Assembly (NCBI GenBank): GCA_963793865.1
Contig: CAWCBP010000006.1
Span: 1 to 64,000 of the forward strand
Direction: 5' to 3'
DNA: 64,000 nucleotides
From: an uncultured delta proteobacterium
Lineage (GTDB): Bacteria > Desulfobacterota > WTBG01
The notes under the pieces are model-generated. The model saw only the letters and a program-made list of their open reading frames with translations. It was not told the origin of the DNA and made no database searches. Position 1 is the first letter of the stretch. The number at the start of each line of letters is the position of its first letter. This document shows positions 19,194 through 31,149 of this stretch, one piece after another. Position numbers and translations under genes: made by a program.

Positions 19194-20969
19194 TTATGCC
19201 TCGGTCATTTCAAATGCCGCCGGAAATTGCTTTTTCATTTCCAGTCTCATAAACGCTTCGATTTCCTCGGCAGTTTTTAAGTGATCAATGGTCTTGACAA
19301 AATCGCGGCATTGTCGATAACCTATTGATCTCATTGCTTTTTTTATTTTGAGGATGCAAAGCGGATTCATGCTCAGCTCGTCAATACCCAGTCCCAGCAG
19401 GATGGGAAGGTAGAGAGGTTCTCCCGCCATTTCTCCGCACATCACCACCTCTATGCCATTGCTATGGGCCGATTCTATTACGTTTTTTATCAGTCTGATC
19501 ACGGCGGGGTGGAGCGGATTGTACAGATATGATACGTGCTCATTCACCCGGTCGATGGCCAGGGTATATTGTATAAGGTCATTGGTTCCTATGCTGAAAA
19601 AGTCGACTTCCCGCGCCAGCAGATCCGCAATGGTTGCCGCGGAGGGGATTTCGATCATGATCCCGATCTGTACATGGGGATTGAAGGGAATGCCTGAAAC
19701 CGTAAGGTCATGCCTGAGTTCGTCCAGGATGCCTTTTATCTGGTAAATTTCCTGCATTCCGGAAATCATGGGGAAGAGCATCTTGAGCTCGCCGAACGCG
19801 CTGGCCCTGAGCAATGCCCGCAACTGGGTTTTAAAGATGCCCACCTCTTTTAAGCACAGCCTGATTGCCCGCAATCCCAGGACAGGGTTCATTTCTTCCA
19901 CCAGATCAAGGTGGGAGAGGAACTTATCCCCCCCCAGATCCAGGGTGCGTATGGTAACGGGATGGGGGGCAATGGTTTTGATAACCTTTTTGTAGATGTT
20001 GAATTGCTCGTCTTCAGAGGGAAGCTCTTTCCTGTTAAGATAAAGGAACTCGGTGCGGTAGAGCCCGATGCCTTCCGCCCCGTGTTCCAGGATGGCGGAA
20101 ACCTCCTCCACCAGCTCAACATTGGCCAGAAGCCTGATATGGAATCCGTCCGGTGTTTCTGCGGGCAGGTCTTTGTATTGAAAAAGCTCCTTTTTGAGCT
20201 GTTCATACATCTGCTTCTTTTCGGAATAGCTGTGCAGGGTTTCAGCGGTTGGCCGGACGATGACCACCCCGATGGCCCCGTCAATGATGATCACATCGCC
20301 GGTCTTCACCTCTTTGGTAACTTTTTCCAGACCGACCACTGAAGGTATTTCCAGCGCCCGGGCCATGATCGCCGTGTGGGATGTTTTGCCCCCGGTATTG
20401 GTTACAAAGCCGACGACCACGCTGGTGTCCAGATTCGCGGTGTCAGCGGGAGAAAGGTCATGCGCAACGATGATGGACGGCTCATGTATGGCGGAAAGCT
20501 CCTGGCGTTTTGTGCCCAGGATGTTGCGCACGATGCGTTCGCCGATGTAATCGAGGTCTGTCTTTCTCTCCTTCAGATATTCATCGCTCACATCATCGAA
20601 GCCCCGGCTTAAGTTCCGGACGGTCTCTTTAACCGCTGATGCGGCATCAATCTTCTTCTCCCGGATGGTTTTGATGATATTGTCTACCAGGAGCTTGTCT
20701 TCCAGGATCAGAAGCTGGGCATCGATGATGTAGCGTGCCTCCTTCTGCTTTTTGCGCTCCACTTCCTTTTTCACCGTGCGGAGACTCTCCCTGGACCTGG
20801 CAAGGGCCTGCTTGAAACGTTCAATTTCCCCGTTGATTTCCGGCTTGCCGGCAAGGCTGATGACCGGTGTCTCGATAGCATCGGGAACAAACAAAAATGC
20901 CTTCCCGATGATGATGCCCGGGGAGACGCCGGTTCCTTTAAGCAAGAGGTTCTGCTGGGCTGTTTCCAT
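19194..20969 (-). CDS. ptsI: PTS enzyme I
   Basis: 'GGKTSHTAIMAR' phospho-His, 'GIGLYRTEF', 'FSIGTNDLIQY', 'CGEMAG'. Confidence 0.96.
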   Translation of the reverse strand: METAQQNLLLKGTGVSPGIIIGKAFLFVPDAIETPVISLAGKPEINGEIERFKQALARSRESLRTVKKEVERKKQKEARYIIDAQLLILEDKLLVDNIIKTIREKKIDAASAVKETVRNLSRGFDDVSDEYLKERKTDLDYIGERIVRNILGTKRQELSAIHEPSIIVAHDLSPADTANLDTSVVVGFVTNTGGKTSHTAIMARALEIPSVVGLEKVTKEVKTGDVIIIDGAIGVVIVRPTAETLHSYSEKKQMYEQLKKELFQYKDLPAETPDGFHIRLLANVELVEEVSAILEHGAEGIGLYRTEFLYLNRKELPSEDEQFNIYKKVIKTIAPHPVTIRTLDLGGDKFLSHLDLVEEMNPVLGLRAIRLCLKEVGIFKTQLRALLRASAFGELKMLFPMISGMQEIYQIKGILDELRHDLTVSGIPFNPHVQIGIMIEIPSAATIADLLAREVDFFSIGTNDLIQYTLAIDRVNEHVSYLYNPLHPAVIRLIKNVIESAHSNGIEVVMCGEMAGEPLYLPILLGLGIDELSMNPLCILKIKKAMRSIGYRQCRDFVKTIDHLKTAEEIEAFMRLEMKKQFPAAFEMTEA

Positions 20970-21249
20970 CGCTGTGCGGTTCCTCGAAGTTGTTCAAAAT
21001 GAGATTCCCCAGTGCCTCCATTGCCCGGCGGGCATCGGGGCCGCAGGCCTTGATGGTAATGGTGGAGTTGCGTGCAGCATTGAGCGTGGCGATTTGAATG
21101 ATGCTCTTGCCGTCCGCCTCCACGCCACCCTTTTCAATGGTGATGGCGGACCTGTATTGATTGGCCGTTTTTACCAGCAATCCGGCCGGCCTCAGATGCA
21201 GCCCGAGTTCATTGGCAATTATAAATTGCCTGATGATCACCTCATCCAT
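20938..21249 (-). CDS. ptsH: HPr phosphocarrier protein
   Basis: 'GLHLRPA' (His15) and 'DGKSII' (Ser46); C-terminus possibly extended by an indel. Confidence 0.9.
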   Translation of the reverse strand: MDEVIIRQFIIANELGLHLRPAGLLVKTANQYRSAITIEKGGVEADGKSIIQIATLNAARNSTITIKACGPDARRAMEALGNLILNNFEEPHSDGNSPAEPLA

Positions 21250-21272
21250 GCCCGAATTTTCATCACCTTGTA

Positions 21273-22026
21273 TCATATCCTGTCAGGGCTGTCAATGAAG
21301 CCGCCTTCCTCCGGCGTGTCTCCCGATACCACGATGGTGACTTCTCCTCTGATGCTTTTATTCCCCAGGGCGGCCATTACTTCAGCGATGGTACCGCGGA
21401 TCACCTCTTCGTACAGCTTGGTCATCTCCCGGGCGACAACCATCTGCCGGTTTTCACCCAGGATTGCACGGAGGTCTTCAAGCGTTGCCATGAGCCTCCT
21501 CGGCGATTCGTAAAAAATAAAGGTGCGCTGCTGATCGCGCAGGGCAAGAAAGAGATTTTTTCGCCTGCCCGCTTTGCGGGGAAGAAATCCCTCAAAGATG
21601 AAGCTTCTGGTGGAAAGGCCGGAAACGGACAGGGCGGCAATCAGTGCCGCCGGTGCCGGGAATGGGGACCACCGCTATCTGCCGATCGATGGCAAGCCTG
21701 GTGAGGACATAGCCGGGGTCGGATATGGAAGGGGTGCCGGCCTCGGAGATGAGGGCAATAGTTTTACCTTCCTCGAGCTGTGCGAGGAGCGCGCCCGTTT
21801 TCCTGATGCTGCTGTGGGCAAAGTAACTGGTAAGGGGGGTGCTTATCCCGTAGTGAACGAGCAGCGTTCGCGCCCGGCGGGTGTCTTCGGCCGCGATCAG
21901 GTCCGCTTCTTTCAGTGTTCTGATGGCGCGCAGGGTTATGTCCTCCAGGTTGCCGATAGGTGTGGCAACGAGGTAGAGGGTGCCGGTGTTGCGGCCGGAT
22001 GCGTTCTGTTTCATTCCGGTATGCAT
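21273..22026 (-). CDS. rsmI: 16S rRNA C1402 2'-O-methyltransferase, frameshifted
   Basis: 'LYLVATPIGNLEDITLRA', 'AAEDTR', 'SEAGTPSISDPG', 'AREMTKLYEE' across frames. Confidence 0.92.
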
Positions 22027-22125
22027 GATGGTGTTATTCCTCTTTCTGGTCCGGCTTAATGCACTACCATCTTATCAACCTTTTATCAAATGGAATTTAA
22101 AACACAAACAGGGGTGTCTTTCATC

Positions 22126-22229
22126 AGGGCGACCGGCCGGTCGCCCCTACATTTGGATAAAATACTGGATTTACGCTTTCGCGGGGATCCAAATCTGATC
22201 CCCACGTAGAGGTAACCGGCCGGTTGCCC
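22126..22229. repeat. REP-like palindromic repeats (GTAG type)
   Basis: GGGCGACCGGCCGGTCGCCCCTAC (22127-22150) and degenerate GTAGAGGTAACCGGCCGGTTGCCC (22206-22229); the same unit recurs at 33174-33203. Confidence 0.7.
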
Positions 22230-22406
22230 ATAACATGCGAACCTTGCTTGCATGTTTAAACCCCGCAACCCTTTGGGGCGCCACGAAGCATATAACCATC
22301 GGACCCGGAAATCCAAAAGGGAGTTGTAAGGGAATCGGCATTTGTGCTATAAGCATCGGTAACTGCTGTGCAGTAAAGCGTTCCGTTGAGCCATGGGAGC
22401 AGATGA

Positions 22407-23003
22407 TTGATCACTATTGAAACCATACTGCTGATTGCCGGGGGATATCTCGCGGGCTCCATTCCCACCGGGGTGGTTTTGTCGCGCCTTTTCAGCGCCA
22501 GGGATATCCGTGCCGAGGGAAGCGGCAACATCGGGGCAACCAACGTGTATCGCGTGCTGGGGTTGAAGCTCGGTGTGCTGACGCTTCTCGGGGACGTGCT
22601 CAAGGGCGTTCTGCCTGTCCTGGCGGCGCGCATGCTTCTCTCCTACGATGCGGGCGTCGCATGGGTTGCTTTCTTTACCTTCTGCGGTCACCTGTTCCCT
22701 GTTTTTCTTAAATTCCGCGGGGGAAAGGGTGTAGCGACCGCACTGGGGGTTTTTTTAGTCATTTCCCCGGCCATGGTTGCCTGTGCGGCGGCACTGTTCC
22801 TGGGGGTGGTGCTGAAGTGGAAATATGTTTCTCTCGGATCGCTCACTGCCTCGCTGGCGATGCCGTTCCTGCTGGGCGCTGCCGGTTATTCATTGCCGTT
22901 CGTCATCCTCAGCCTGGCCATAGCCGGCCTCATTTTTTACCGGCACAAGGATAATATCCAACGGCTGCGCGCGGGGTCGGAGAAAAAGATGCGAGGTGGC
23001 TGA
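22407..23003 (+). CDS. plsY: Glycerol-3-phosphate acyltransferase PlsY
   Basis: 'GSGNIGATN', 'GHLFP', 'FRGGKGVAT', 'RHKDNIQRL'. Confidence 0.95.
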   Translation: MITIETILLIAGGYLAGSIPTGVVLSRLFSARDIRAEGSGNIGATNVYRVLGLKLGVLTLLGDVLKGVLPVLAARMLLSYDAGVAWVAFFTFCGHLFPVFLKFRGGKGVATALGVFLVISPAMVACAAALFLGVVLKWKYVSLGSLTASLAMPFLLGAAGYSLPFVILSLAIAGLIFYRHKDNIQRLRAGSEKKMRGG

Positions 23004-23036
23004 GGAAAACGGCAATACCTTTTATGAGGAAGATGA

Positions 23037-23558
23037 TTACAGCTTTTTAAGACTTTCCAGCTGCCGTCTCTTGGCTTTGGGAAGTTTTTTTGCGGGCCCT
23101 TTTTTCCTGGTGCTGCGGGGAGGGATGGTCTCTTCGTTTTCCGGGCAGCCTTTTTGAGCGGCATACCCTGCAAAGGCGACTTTTTCTTCAAAGAGCGGCG
23201 AGGGTATCACGTCGCACCGCCTCCCCCTGCAGAAATGGGCTATTTCGCTGTCCGAGGTGACAACGAGCAGCGCATCCCGCGATTGGGAAACCAGCCGTTT
23301 AATTACCTCGTCCGCCTTTTCACCCCTCCTGGAGTAAATGACGTCTATCCCCTTTTCCCGGAAGTGACGCTCCGAAAGCTCTCCGGCTTCCCACCCGTCA
23401 AATACCACTGTCATCGGGGACGGCTTGAGCGCGCGGTAGGAGGAGAGCATGGCTATGAGCTTTTCTCTGCCCCGGGCGACGTCTTCAGCATCATGTCGGC
23501 GAAGGGCGGGAGATTGCCTGATGAGGTTATAGCCGTCGATGATGATTCGGGTCGGCAT
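23037..23558 (-). CDS. NYN-domain (YacP/Rae1-like) ribonuclease
   Basis: 'IIIDGYNLI', 'VVFDG', 'ADEVI', 'VVTSD'. Confidence 0.88.
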   Translation of the reverse strand: MPTRIIIDGYNLIRQSPALRRHDAEDVARGREKLIAMLSSYRALKPSPMTVVFDGWEAGELSERHFREKGIDVIYSRRGEKADEVIKRLVSQSRDALLVVTSDSEIAHFCRGRRCDVIPSPLFEEKVAFAGYAAQKGCPENEETIPPRSTRKKGPAKKLPKAKRRQLESLKKL

Positions 23559-23578
23559 GGCCGGTCTGCCCTTTTGGT

Positions 23579-24364
23579 TTAACGGGTGTGCGATGGCCGG
23601 GACGGAGTATTTCTCCTGCCCAGGTAGATGATCATGCCGATGGCGACGGGAATAAGCACCAGGGCAATGGCCTGGGTGAGGGTCAGATATCCCCCGACGA
23701 GCATGCCCCGCTCATCCCCCCTGAAGTTTTCAGTGATCAGGCGTCCCAGGGCGTACAGCAGGATGTAGAGAAAGACGATCTGACCGTCCGCGCGCTTAAA
23801 CCGCCTGCAACTCACCAGAATGATGAACATCACAATGGCCTGTACTGATGCATAGAGCTGGGTGGGGTGAAGGGAAACGCCCAGCCGCGCCAGGCTGTTG
23901 GGATGGGTGAAGGTCACTCCCCAGGGAAGGTCGGTGGGTGTGCCGTAGCAGCAGCCGGCAAAGAAGCAGCCGATTCTGCCCAGGGATTCTCCGAGGGCCA
24001 GCCCCGGGGCAAGGATGTCGCATGTTTTGAGAAAAGGGAGTCCGTGCTTTTTCAGGTAGAGATAGCAGGTGGGAAACGCAAAAAGAAACCCCCCGTAAAA
24101 CACCAGACCTCCCCGCCAGATCATCAGCGATTCGAGCGGGTGCTTCAGGTAGTATCCGGGATTGAGGATTATATAAAAGACGCGCGATCCGATAATGGCG
24201 GCGATGAGCAGATAGAACACCAGGTCGAGGAGTTGCTGCTGGTTCATGCCTTCCCGCTTTGCCTCGCGTGACACGAAGAGGATGCCCAGCAGCGCGCCCA
24301 GCGCTATGCAGAGGCCGTAGGTATGGAGGGTGAAATTCCCAATGCTTACCAGGTCAGGATACAT
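23579..24364 (-). CDS. lgt: Prolipoprotein diacylglyceryl transferase
   Basis: 'WRGGLVFYGG', 'GRIGCFFAGCCYG', 'HPTQLY'. Confidence 0.96.
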   Translation of the reverse strand: MYPDLVSIGNFTLHTYGLCIALGALLGILFVSREAKREGMNQQQLLDLVFYLLIAAIIGSRVFYIILNPGYYLKHPLESLMIWRGGLVFYGGFLFAFPTCYLYLKKHGLPFLKTCDILAPGLALGESLGRIGCFFAGCCYGTPTDLPWGVTFTHPNSLARLGVSLHPTQLYASVQAIVMFIILVSCRRFKRADGQIVFLYILLYALGRLITENFRGDERGMLVGGYLTLTQAIALVLIPVAIGMIIYLGRRNTPSRPSHTR

Positions 24365-24395
24365 GGTGTCTCACATCGCAGCGGGCATTGATGCG

Positions 24396-24893
24396 TCAGC
24401 GGAGCGGAAACTTTTTGGTGAACATCCCGATGACCAGCAATACCATGCCGATGGAAATTGCCGAATCGGCGCAGTTAAAGGCCGGCCAGTGGTAACCGTG
24501 CCAGTGGAGGTCGATAAAATCGATCACCTCTCCCCACCGGATCCGGTCGATCAGGTTGCCGATGGCGCCCCCGAGGATGAGGGCAAGGGTAATGGTGGCA
24601 TAGAGGCACTGCGTCCCGAGACCGCTCAGAAGATAAAATATAAAGGCTATGGCGGCGAGGGAGGTAAGAATGAGCAGAACGGTTTGAAGGGTGCTTACCT
24701 GCCCGGAAAAGATGCCGAAGGCTATGCCCTTGTTTCTGGTGTGGACGATGGTGAGAAACTGCTCGATGACATCCAGCGAGTGATGAAGCGGCATATGCTG
24801 GGCGATGAGATATTTGGTGTACTGGTCAAGAATGACCACCGCGAGAGCTATAATGCCGGCGATGAGATATTTATGAGTGGGCCGTGTGGGCAT
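24396..24893 (-). CDS. lspA: Lipoprotein signal peptidase II
   Basis: 'DQYTK', 'NKGIAFG', 'GNLIDR', 'VIDF', 'FNCAD'. Confidence 0.96.
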   Translation of the reverse strand: MPTRPTHKYLIAGIIALAVVILDQYTKYLIAQHMPLHHSLDVIEQFLTIVHTRNKGIAFGIFSGQVSTLQTVLLILTSLAAIAFIFYLLSGLGTQCLYATITLALILGGAIGNLIDRIRWGEVIDFIDLHWHGYHWPAFNCADSAISIGMVLLVIGMFTKKFPLR

Positions 24894-24899
24894 GGCGCG

Positions 24900-27692
24900 C
24901 TACTGTTGCTGTTGTATGACCCGGGCGCACCGGCGGCAGATGGCGGGGTGCTCCGGGGATTCCCCCACCGTTTCGCTGTATTTCCAGCAGCGCTCACACT
25001 TGCCGGCGGATGTCCGCACCGCGGATATCTGGAGCTTATCCAGGGCAGCCTCGGGCGTCAGCGCCTGTCCTTCAGGCGCCCTGCGCAGGGTGACGCGTGA
25101 GACAATGAAAAGGTCTTCCAGCACCGATTGGTTATCGCTGAGAAGGTTAAACAGCTGTTCGGGTGCCTCGAGCACCACTTCCGCCTCCAGTGAGTTGCCC
25201 AAAAGCTTTTCCGCGCGCTTTTCCTCCAGCACTTTCAGCCCCCGGTTGCGCACCTGAAAGAGCAGCTGCCACTTTTCGTGGAGTTCGTCCGCCACATGCC
25301 GGGCATCGAGCCCGGGGAAGCGGGAAAGATGAACGCTCTCTTCCCGCGACCGGTCAGGGGGGAGGTAGCCCCACATCTCGTCGGCGGTAAAGGGCAGGAG
25401 GGGTGCCATAAGCTTGATAAGCGTGGTGAGAATGGTATGGAAGACGGTCTGGCTTGCCTTTCGCGAGCCACCTGCCGGCAGTGAGCAGTAAAGGTTATCT
25501 TTTAAAATATCCAGGTAGACCGCGCTTAAGTCGGTGACGCAGAAATTGTGCAGCAGATGGTAGATGGTGTGAAACTCGCAGGCGGCGTAGGCGGCGGTTA
25601 CCTTGCCGGCGAGCTGATAAAGCCGGTGGAGCGCCCACCGGTCAATCTCCGCCAGCCCCTCATAACCCACGGAATCCTCGGGCTTGAAGTCGTGAAGGTT
25701 GCCCAGCAGGAACCGGCAGGTGTTCCTGATCTTGCGGTAGGATTCGGAGAGGCGCTTTAAGATTTCATCCGAGATGGTGATGTCCTCGCGGTAGTCCTCG
25801 GAGGCCACCCACAGCCGGAGCACCTCGACCCCGTAGCTTTTGATCACCTCTTCGGGGGCGATCACGTTCTGCTTGGACTTGGCCATCTTTTCACCCTTGC
25901 CGTCAACGACAAAGCCGTGGGTGAGCACCGACTTGTAGGGGGCGCGGTTTCTCGTCTCCACCGAGGTGAGCAGGGCGCTGTGGAACCAGCCCCGGTGCTG
26001 GTCGCTGCCTTCCAGGTACATGTCGGCGGGAAATGCCAGGCCCTCCGTTTTTTCGAGCACGGCCGCGAAGCTCACACCCGAATCAAACCAGACATCAAGT
26101 ATATCGTGTTCCTTTTCAAAGTCCCGGGCGCCGCAGGCGGGACAGCCGGTGCCGGGTGGCAGCAGGTTGGCCGCTTCTTCAGCAAACCAGATGTCAGCCC
26201 CTTCCCCCTCGAAGCGGTCGGCCACGCCGTTGATAATCTCCTGGCTCATGAGTATTTGACCGCACTGCCGGCAGTAGAATACCGGTATGGGAACGCCCCA
26301 GGATCGCTGGCGGGAGATGCACCAGTCGGGGCGGTTTTGTACCATCAGGTAGATCCGTTCCCGCCCCCAGGGCGGGATCCACTGTACGTCCATGATGGCC
26401 TTCAGCGCCCGTTCCCTCAGCCGGCTCCCCTCCAAGGATATGAACCACTGTTCGGTGGCCCGGAAGACAATGGGGTTCTTGCAGCGCCAGCAGTGGGGAT
26501 AGGAGTGGGAGAACTTTTCCTCCTTGAGCAGCGCGTTGACCGCTTTGAGCTTTTCGATGACCGCCCTGTTGGCAGAAAACACAAACTGCCCGGCAAAGAA
26601 ATCCACATCCGCGGTAAACTTGCCGTCATCGTCAACCGGGGCGTAAATATCCAGGTTGTACTTGAGGCCCATCTCGTAGTCTTCCTGCCCGTGCCCCGGC
26701 GCGGTGTGCACGCAGCCGGTGCCGGCCTCAAGGGTAACGTGGGTACCGGTGATGAGGAGGGAATCCCTTGCGATGAAGGGATGGCGGCAGACAAATCCCT
26801 CGAGCTGTGACCCGGGGAAGGTGCCGAGAATCTGATAGCGGTCGATATCCAGTGCCGCGAGCGTTCTCAGCAGCAGGCCCTCGGCAATGATGTAGACTTC
26901 ATTTTCCACCTCAACCGCGGCGTAGGTAAATTCGGGATGGAGGCTGATGGCGAGATTGGCGGGGATGGTCCAGGGAGTGGTTGTCCAGATGACCACGAAA
27001 ACCTTTTTTCCCTTGAGGGCCGGAAGCTTCGGCGCGGCATCGGAAACCAGCGGGAACTTGACGTAAATGGAGGGAGAGGATTCATCCCGGTATTCCACTT
27101 CGGCCTCTGCCAGGGCGGTTTTGCAGGAGGCGCACCACTGGATGGGCTTTTTTCGCTTGTACACGCTGCCGGCAGCGACGAATTTCCCGAATTCCCTGAT
27201 GATGGTCGCTGTATAGCCTTTGTCCATGGTGAGATAGGGGCGGTCCCATTCTCCGAAAACGCCGAGGCGCTTGAATTCTGCGCGCTGAATGTCTATGAAT
27301 TTATGGGCGTAGGCGCGGCAGAGCTGCCTCTTTTCCAGGATGGATACCGACTTCCTGCGCTCGCCGAGTTCTTTGTCCACCTGGTGTTCGATGGGAAGCC
27401 CGTGACAGTCCCAGCCGGGCCGATAGGTGCAGGAAAAGCCGGCCATGGTCCTGGACTTGATGATGATGTCTTTCAGGATCTTGTTCAGCGCCGTGCCGAG
27501 GTGAATGTGGCCGTTGGCGTAAGGCGGTCCGTCATGGAGCACAAACTTTTCCCGCCCTCTGCAAGCGGCCTGGATTTTTGCGTACAGGTTCTTGTTCTCC
27601 CATGCCTTCAGGATTTCCGGCTCCCGCTGCGCCAGGTTTGCCTTCATGGGAAAATCAGTGCGGGGTAAATTGAGGGTGTCCTTGTAGTTCAT
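24900..27692 (-). CDS. ileS: Isoleucyl-tRNA synthetase
   Basis: 'HDGPPYANG', 'HLGT' (HIGH variant), 'KMAKS', C-terminal zinc finger 'CERC..CRRC'; ileS-lspA synteny. Confidence 0.97.
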   Translation of the reverse strand: MNYKDTLNLPRTDFPMKANLAQREPEILKAWENKNLYAKIQAACRGREKFVLHDGPPYANGHIHLGTALNKILKDIIIKSRTMAGFSCTYRPGWDCHGLPIEHQVDKELGERRKSVSILEKRQLCRAYAHKFIDIQRAEFKRLGVFGEWDRPYLTMDKGYTATIIREFGKFVAAGSVYKRKKPIQWCASCKTALAEAEVEYRDESSPSIYVKFPLVSDAAPKLPALKGKKVFVVIWTTTPWTIPANLAISLHPEFTYAAVEVENEVYIIAEGLLLRTLAALDIDRYQILGTFPGSQLEGFVCRHPFIARDSLLITGTHVTLEAGTGCVHTAPGHGQEDYEMGLKYNLDIYAPVDDDGKFTADVDFFAGQFVFSANRAVIEKLKAVNALLKEEKFSHSYPHCWRCKNPIVFRATEQWFISLEGSRLRERALKAIMDVQWIPPWGRERIYLMVQNRPDWCISRQRSWGVPIPVFYCRQCGQILMSQEIINGVADRFEGEGADIWFAEEAANLLPPGTGCPACGARDFEKEHDILDVWFDSGVSFAAVLEKTEGLAFPADMYLEGSDQHRGWFHSALLTSVETRNRAPYKSVLTHGFVVDGKGEKMAKSKQNVIAPEEVIKSYGVEVLRLWVASEDYREDITISDEILKRLSESYRKIRNTCRFLLGNLHDFKPEDSVGYEGLAEIDRWALHRLYQLAGKVTAAYAACEFHTIYHLLHNFCVTDLSAVYLDILKDNLYCSLPAGGSRKASQTVFHTILTTLIKLMAPLLPFTADEMWGYLPPDRSREESVHLSRFPGLDARHVADELHEKWQLLFQVRNRGLKVLEEKRAEKLLGNSLEAEVVLEAPEQLFNLLSDNQSVLEDLFIVSRVTLRRAPEGQALTPEAALDKLQISAVRTSAGKCERCWKYSETVGESPEHPAICRRCARVIQQQQ

Positions 27693-28044
27693 GATGGTGT
27701 GTGTTAAACGAAAATAGATTGTGTGGAGGGACGCACTTCGTTGCGTCCGATTATAATGTACGGCCACGACAGAGCGTGGCCCGCCATTCTTCCCGTCCGT
27801 GGCAGGTATGTAAGTAGCATATATTTTCTTGTTGTCAAGCAGAAAACCGGGAGGCCTGTGGCTGCCCGGCCGCATTTTTCAAGCGCTGCCGCAATAATAG
27901 CAGTTGACTACTTCCGCGTGTAGCGTGTAGTATATGGCTCGCTTGCCTGATCAGTGAAACGACAGGCGGTTTCGTCCCGGCAGCAGGTGCTGTTCGGCGT
28001 GACAAAACGGATGTGATGTCTATTAATTTCCTGAGGAGTCTGCT

Positions 28045-28425
28045 ATGAAGTGTTCAAAAGCGGTGGTAGCGGTCCTGGCGGTTTCACTCCTGCTGTTGAG
28101 CCGGCCTGTTCAGGCTGAAAACAAAACCTTTGATGAGCGCTCGCCGATGTCGAAATGCTGTTTGGCTACAACCTCGGCAATCGTAAGCGTGCCTTACTTT
28201 GTTGCAAAAATGGCCTATGCCTTAACCGGGAGTCTGGTGGCCGGGTACCTAAACATCTCTACCCTCGGTTACGCGCAGGATTACGGGACCACCATAGGTA
28301 CACAGGCGGTAAACGGGGATTGGATTGTTCCTCCCCGGGTGCTGACCGGAGAAAGGTGCCTGGAATTTGTCGGGCGCGATGAACCGGTTGTGGGCCCGAC
28401 GCTCAGCATGAACATCCAGGAGTAG
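28045..28425 (+). CDS. Hypothetical secreted/membrane protein
   Basis: GAGGAG RBS, signal peptide ending 'VQA', hydrophobic core. Confidence 0.65.
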   Translation: MKCSKAVVAVLAVSLLLLSRPVQAENKTFDERSPMSKCCLATTSAIVSVPYFVAKMAYALTGSLVAGYLNISTLGYAQDYGTTIGTQAVNGDWIVPPRVLTGERCLEFVGRDEPVVGPTLSMNIQE

Positions 28426-28488
28426 CAGGCTGCTGATCAACACCTATCTGCGGCGTTACCATCCTGCGTCGTCGCAGCTGATAGAATT

Positions 28489-30058
28489 TCAATCCCTTGC
28501 ATTGTCCTGAAGGGGGCTTTCCCCCTCAAGAATGAAATCGTCGTACCCCTTGTCTTCCTGGAGCGTCAGCTGGCTTGCCTGCGCCGCCACGCGATAGGAC
28601 CCTTCCTTAAGCCGTATCTCTCCCAGCGGCGTGACCACGATTGCGGCGCCTCCCTCTACCGGGCATTTGTTCTCGCAGAATCCGCATCCGTTACACTTGT
28701 TTTCCAGCACGAAAGGCCTTCGAAACCCGTCCACCATTTTAAAGACAATGGCGTTGTAAGGGCACTGCTCATCGCAGATGAGGCAGGCCTTGTCCTGCTC
28801 CCATACCAGGCACTTTTCCTTGAGAATGACCGCGGTGCCCATTCTGGCGTATTTTTTTTCTTCCAGATCGAGGCTGCGGATGGCCTGCGTCGGGCAGACC
28901 CGTCCGCAGAGATTGCAGGTCTGCTCGCAGGCCGCAAACCTCAACAGGGCCTTCGGGGTGAAGAGCCCTTCAACACCGCTGTCGAAGAGCCCAGGCTGAA
29001 GGGTGTTGGTTATGCACACCTTCATGCAGGCGCCGCAGCGAATGCATGTTGTGACGGAACGCTTCCTCGGGGATGGCGCCGGGCGGGCGAATGACGGTGT
29101 CGGAGCGTATCCTCGTAAGTGGGTCACGGGTGAAGAGGTAGCCCGCCGCCAGCCCGCTCGAGCACGCCAGGAGAAATCCCCGGCGGCGCATATCAAGCGA
29201 AAGCGTGGCATCTTCACGGAAGGGCGAATAAATGGCCTTGAAGGATACGGCGTCGGCGGGGCATATAACCCTGCAGGTCCGGCACTGCAGGCACTCGGCT
29301 GCCTTTACTTTCCGCGGGTCATCAGTGATGGCGCCCATGGGGCACTTCTCCTGACACCTGGCGCAGCCACTGCATTGATTATTTACCACCCGCTTGAAGA
29401 TGCCGAATCGCGAAAACAACCCCAGAAGGGCCCCGAGGGGGCATAGGTATCTGCACCAGAACCGTGGGGTGATGAGGTTAAGCATGACGATGCCGGTGAA
29501 GATGGCAGCGGTCAGTATCCCGGTGGAGAAAAGAGGTTCATCAAAGTTGAGATAGGTGAGCCTGATCCATCCCAGTTCCCGGGCAACCGGCCGCAGGACG
29601 TCGAGGGACAGATTGGCAAAAAGGACCGTCAGCGGATAGAGCAGGATGGTGCAGGTCCGGGTGAGGATGCTTATGGGATCGAAAAGATACACCAGATTGG
29701 CGCCAGCCAGTGCGGCGGCAACCAGCCCGATGAGGAGGTAAAACTTCAGGCTTCTCAGGCGCTCGGTAAACCTCACCCTGGTACGGGAGAACAGGCCTGC
29801 GGAAAGGTCCAGCACCGTGCCCAGGGGACAGAGGTAGCCGCAAAAAAATCTGCCCAGAACAAGGGTGAGCAGCAGCAGGCCGGCCGGAAGCAGCAGGTGC
29901 GGCACCAACTCTCTTGAGGAGATGGAGGTGATGAGAGCGACCAGGGGGTCCGCTCTCAGGAAAAGGTCAACGGGAATGAACGAGCTAAGGGGATAGCGCG
30001 CGGAGAAAAAAAGATAGATGAAAAAACCGAGAAAGAGAAGCTGTATGATCCTTCTCAC
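28489..30058 (-). CDS. Membrane polyferredoxin (NapH/MauN-like fused to NapG/MauM-like), frameshift near 29050
   Basis: 'FFCGYLCPLG', 'WCRYLCPLG', several CxxCxxCxxxCP motifs, 'IRPPGA'. Confidence 0.85.
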
Positions 30059-31003
30059 GCCTGCACCCTGGCAATGCGGAGTTCGTCCAGGCGGGCAGTG
30101 CCCAGCCCCATCTGCTCGCCTGCCACAATGTGCTTTATGTGCTTTACATCAAATTGCTTATTGTACCACGGGGCCATCTGCACCCCGTATGCGTCGACCG
30201 CCACCGGATCCGTTCCCGCGACAATGGTGTTGAGGGGATCGATAGTGCCCGGCCCCGATGGTCCGCCGGTCAGGAGCGCCCGGGACGCATCCAGAATGAT
30301 CAGATGCGGCTTGACGACCGTACACAGGTCGGCTACTGCCTGATGCAAGTCGACCCGTGCGTGGAAATATCCCCGGTCCCAGATCACCCCCATCAGTCCC
30401 TTCATGCCGAAACTGACCCCCGTGGCGCTGTGTGATTTGGCGGCGGGCAGGTTGATCAGGACATCGCACTCCATGACCTCCTTCATGACCTTCACCGTGG
30501 TGAGCGCCTTGCCTCCGGGAATGGATACTGACTGATAGAACCGCTCGTCATTCAGCGCGAGGACATGGGTCCTTTCAAGGGAGGCGCAGGATTTGGCTAT
30601 GCCGGAGAGCTCCAGACAGAGCGTATCCTTCTGGATGGTGTGGTCGAGAATGAGCACATCTTTGGCGCCCGCGGCAATACAGCTCCCGGCCACCGCGGCA
30701 ACAACCGCGGGACTGGTGTTGGCCGCCTCATCGGGCGTTTTGGCAAAGGACATGTTGGGTTTGATGACCACCCGCTGTCCCTGTTTGACAAAGCGCTTCA
30801 TGCCGCCCAACAGCTCGATGGCCCGTGCCACCGCCTTTTCCGGGCTGCCGGTCACTACCGCCAGATCGGGAGCCGGTGTACTCTCGATCGCCCATGCCTT
30901 GCCTGCCCCGGCAATGCACACCGCCCCCGGCGGCGAGCAGGAGACCGGTCTGAGCCGATGCCTTTAAGAAATCCCTCCGGGTAATTTTTTTTATGTGTGA
31001 CAT
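30055..31003 (-). CDS. DUF362-domain Tat-exported protein, frameshift near 30925
   Basis: Tat signal 'ITRRDFLK', 'VVIKPNMSF', 'KSHSATGVSFGMKGLMG', 'DPVAVDA'. Confidence 0.85.
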
Positions 31004-31149
31004 GATATAACACTGCTCCGGTGCTTGTTGATAGTAACAAAAACTGTCATGGTATGATTAACATAAAAACAACGCCTCCTCAACCTTCCGGGACCATAAA
31101 GCTTGAAACACATGCAGCGAATGCTCTCTTTCGCGACCGGAGGTCGCTC

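Noticed and set aside
27900..28044. Riboswitch upstream of the 28045 gene
   Set aside because: Some short hairpins, but no match by eye to c-di-GMP or other known aptamer consensus; an Infernal search would settle it.
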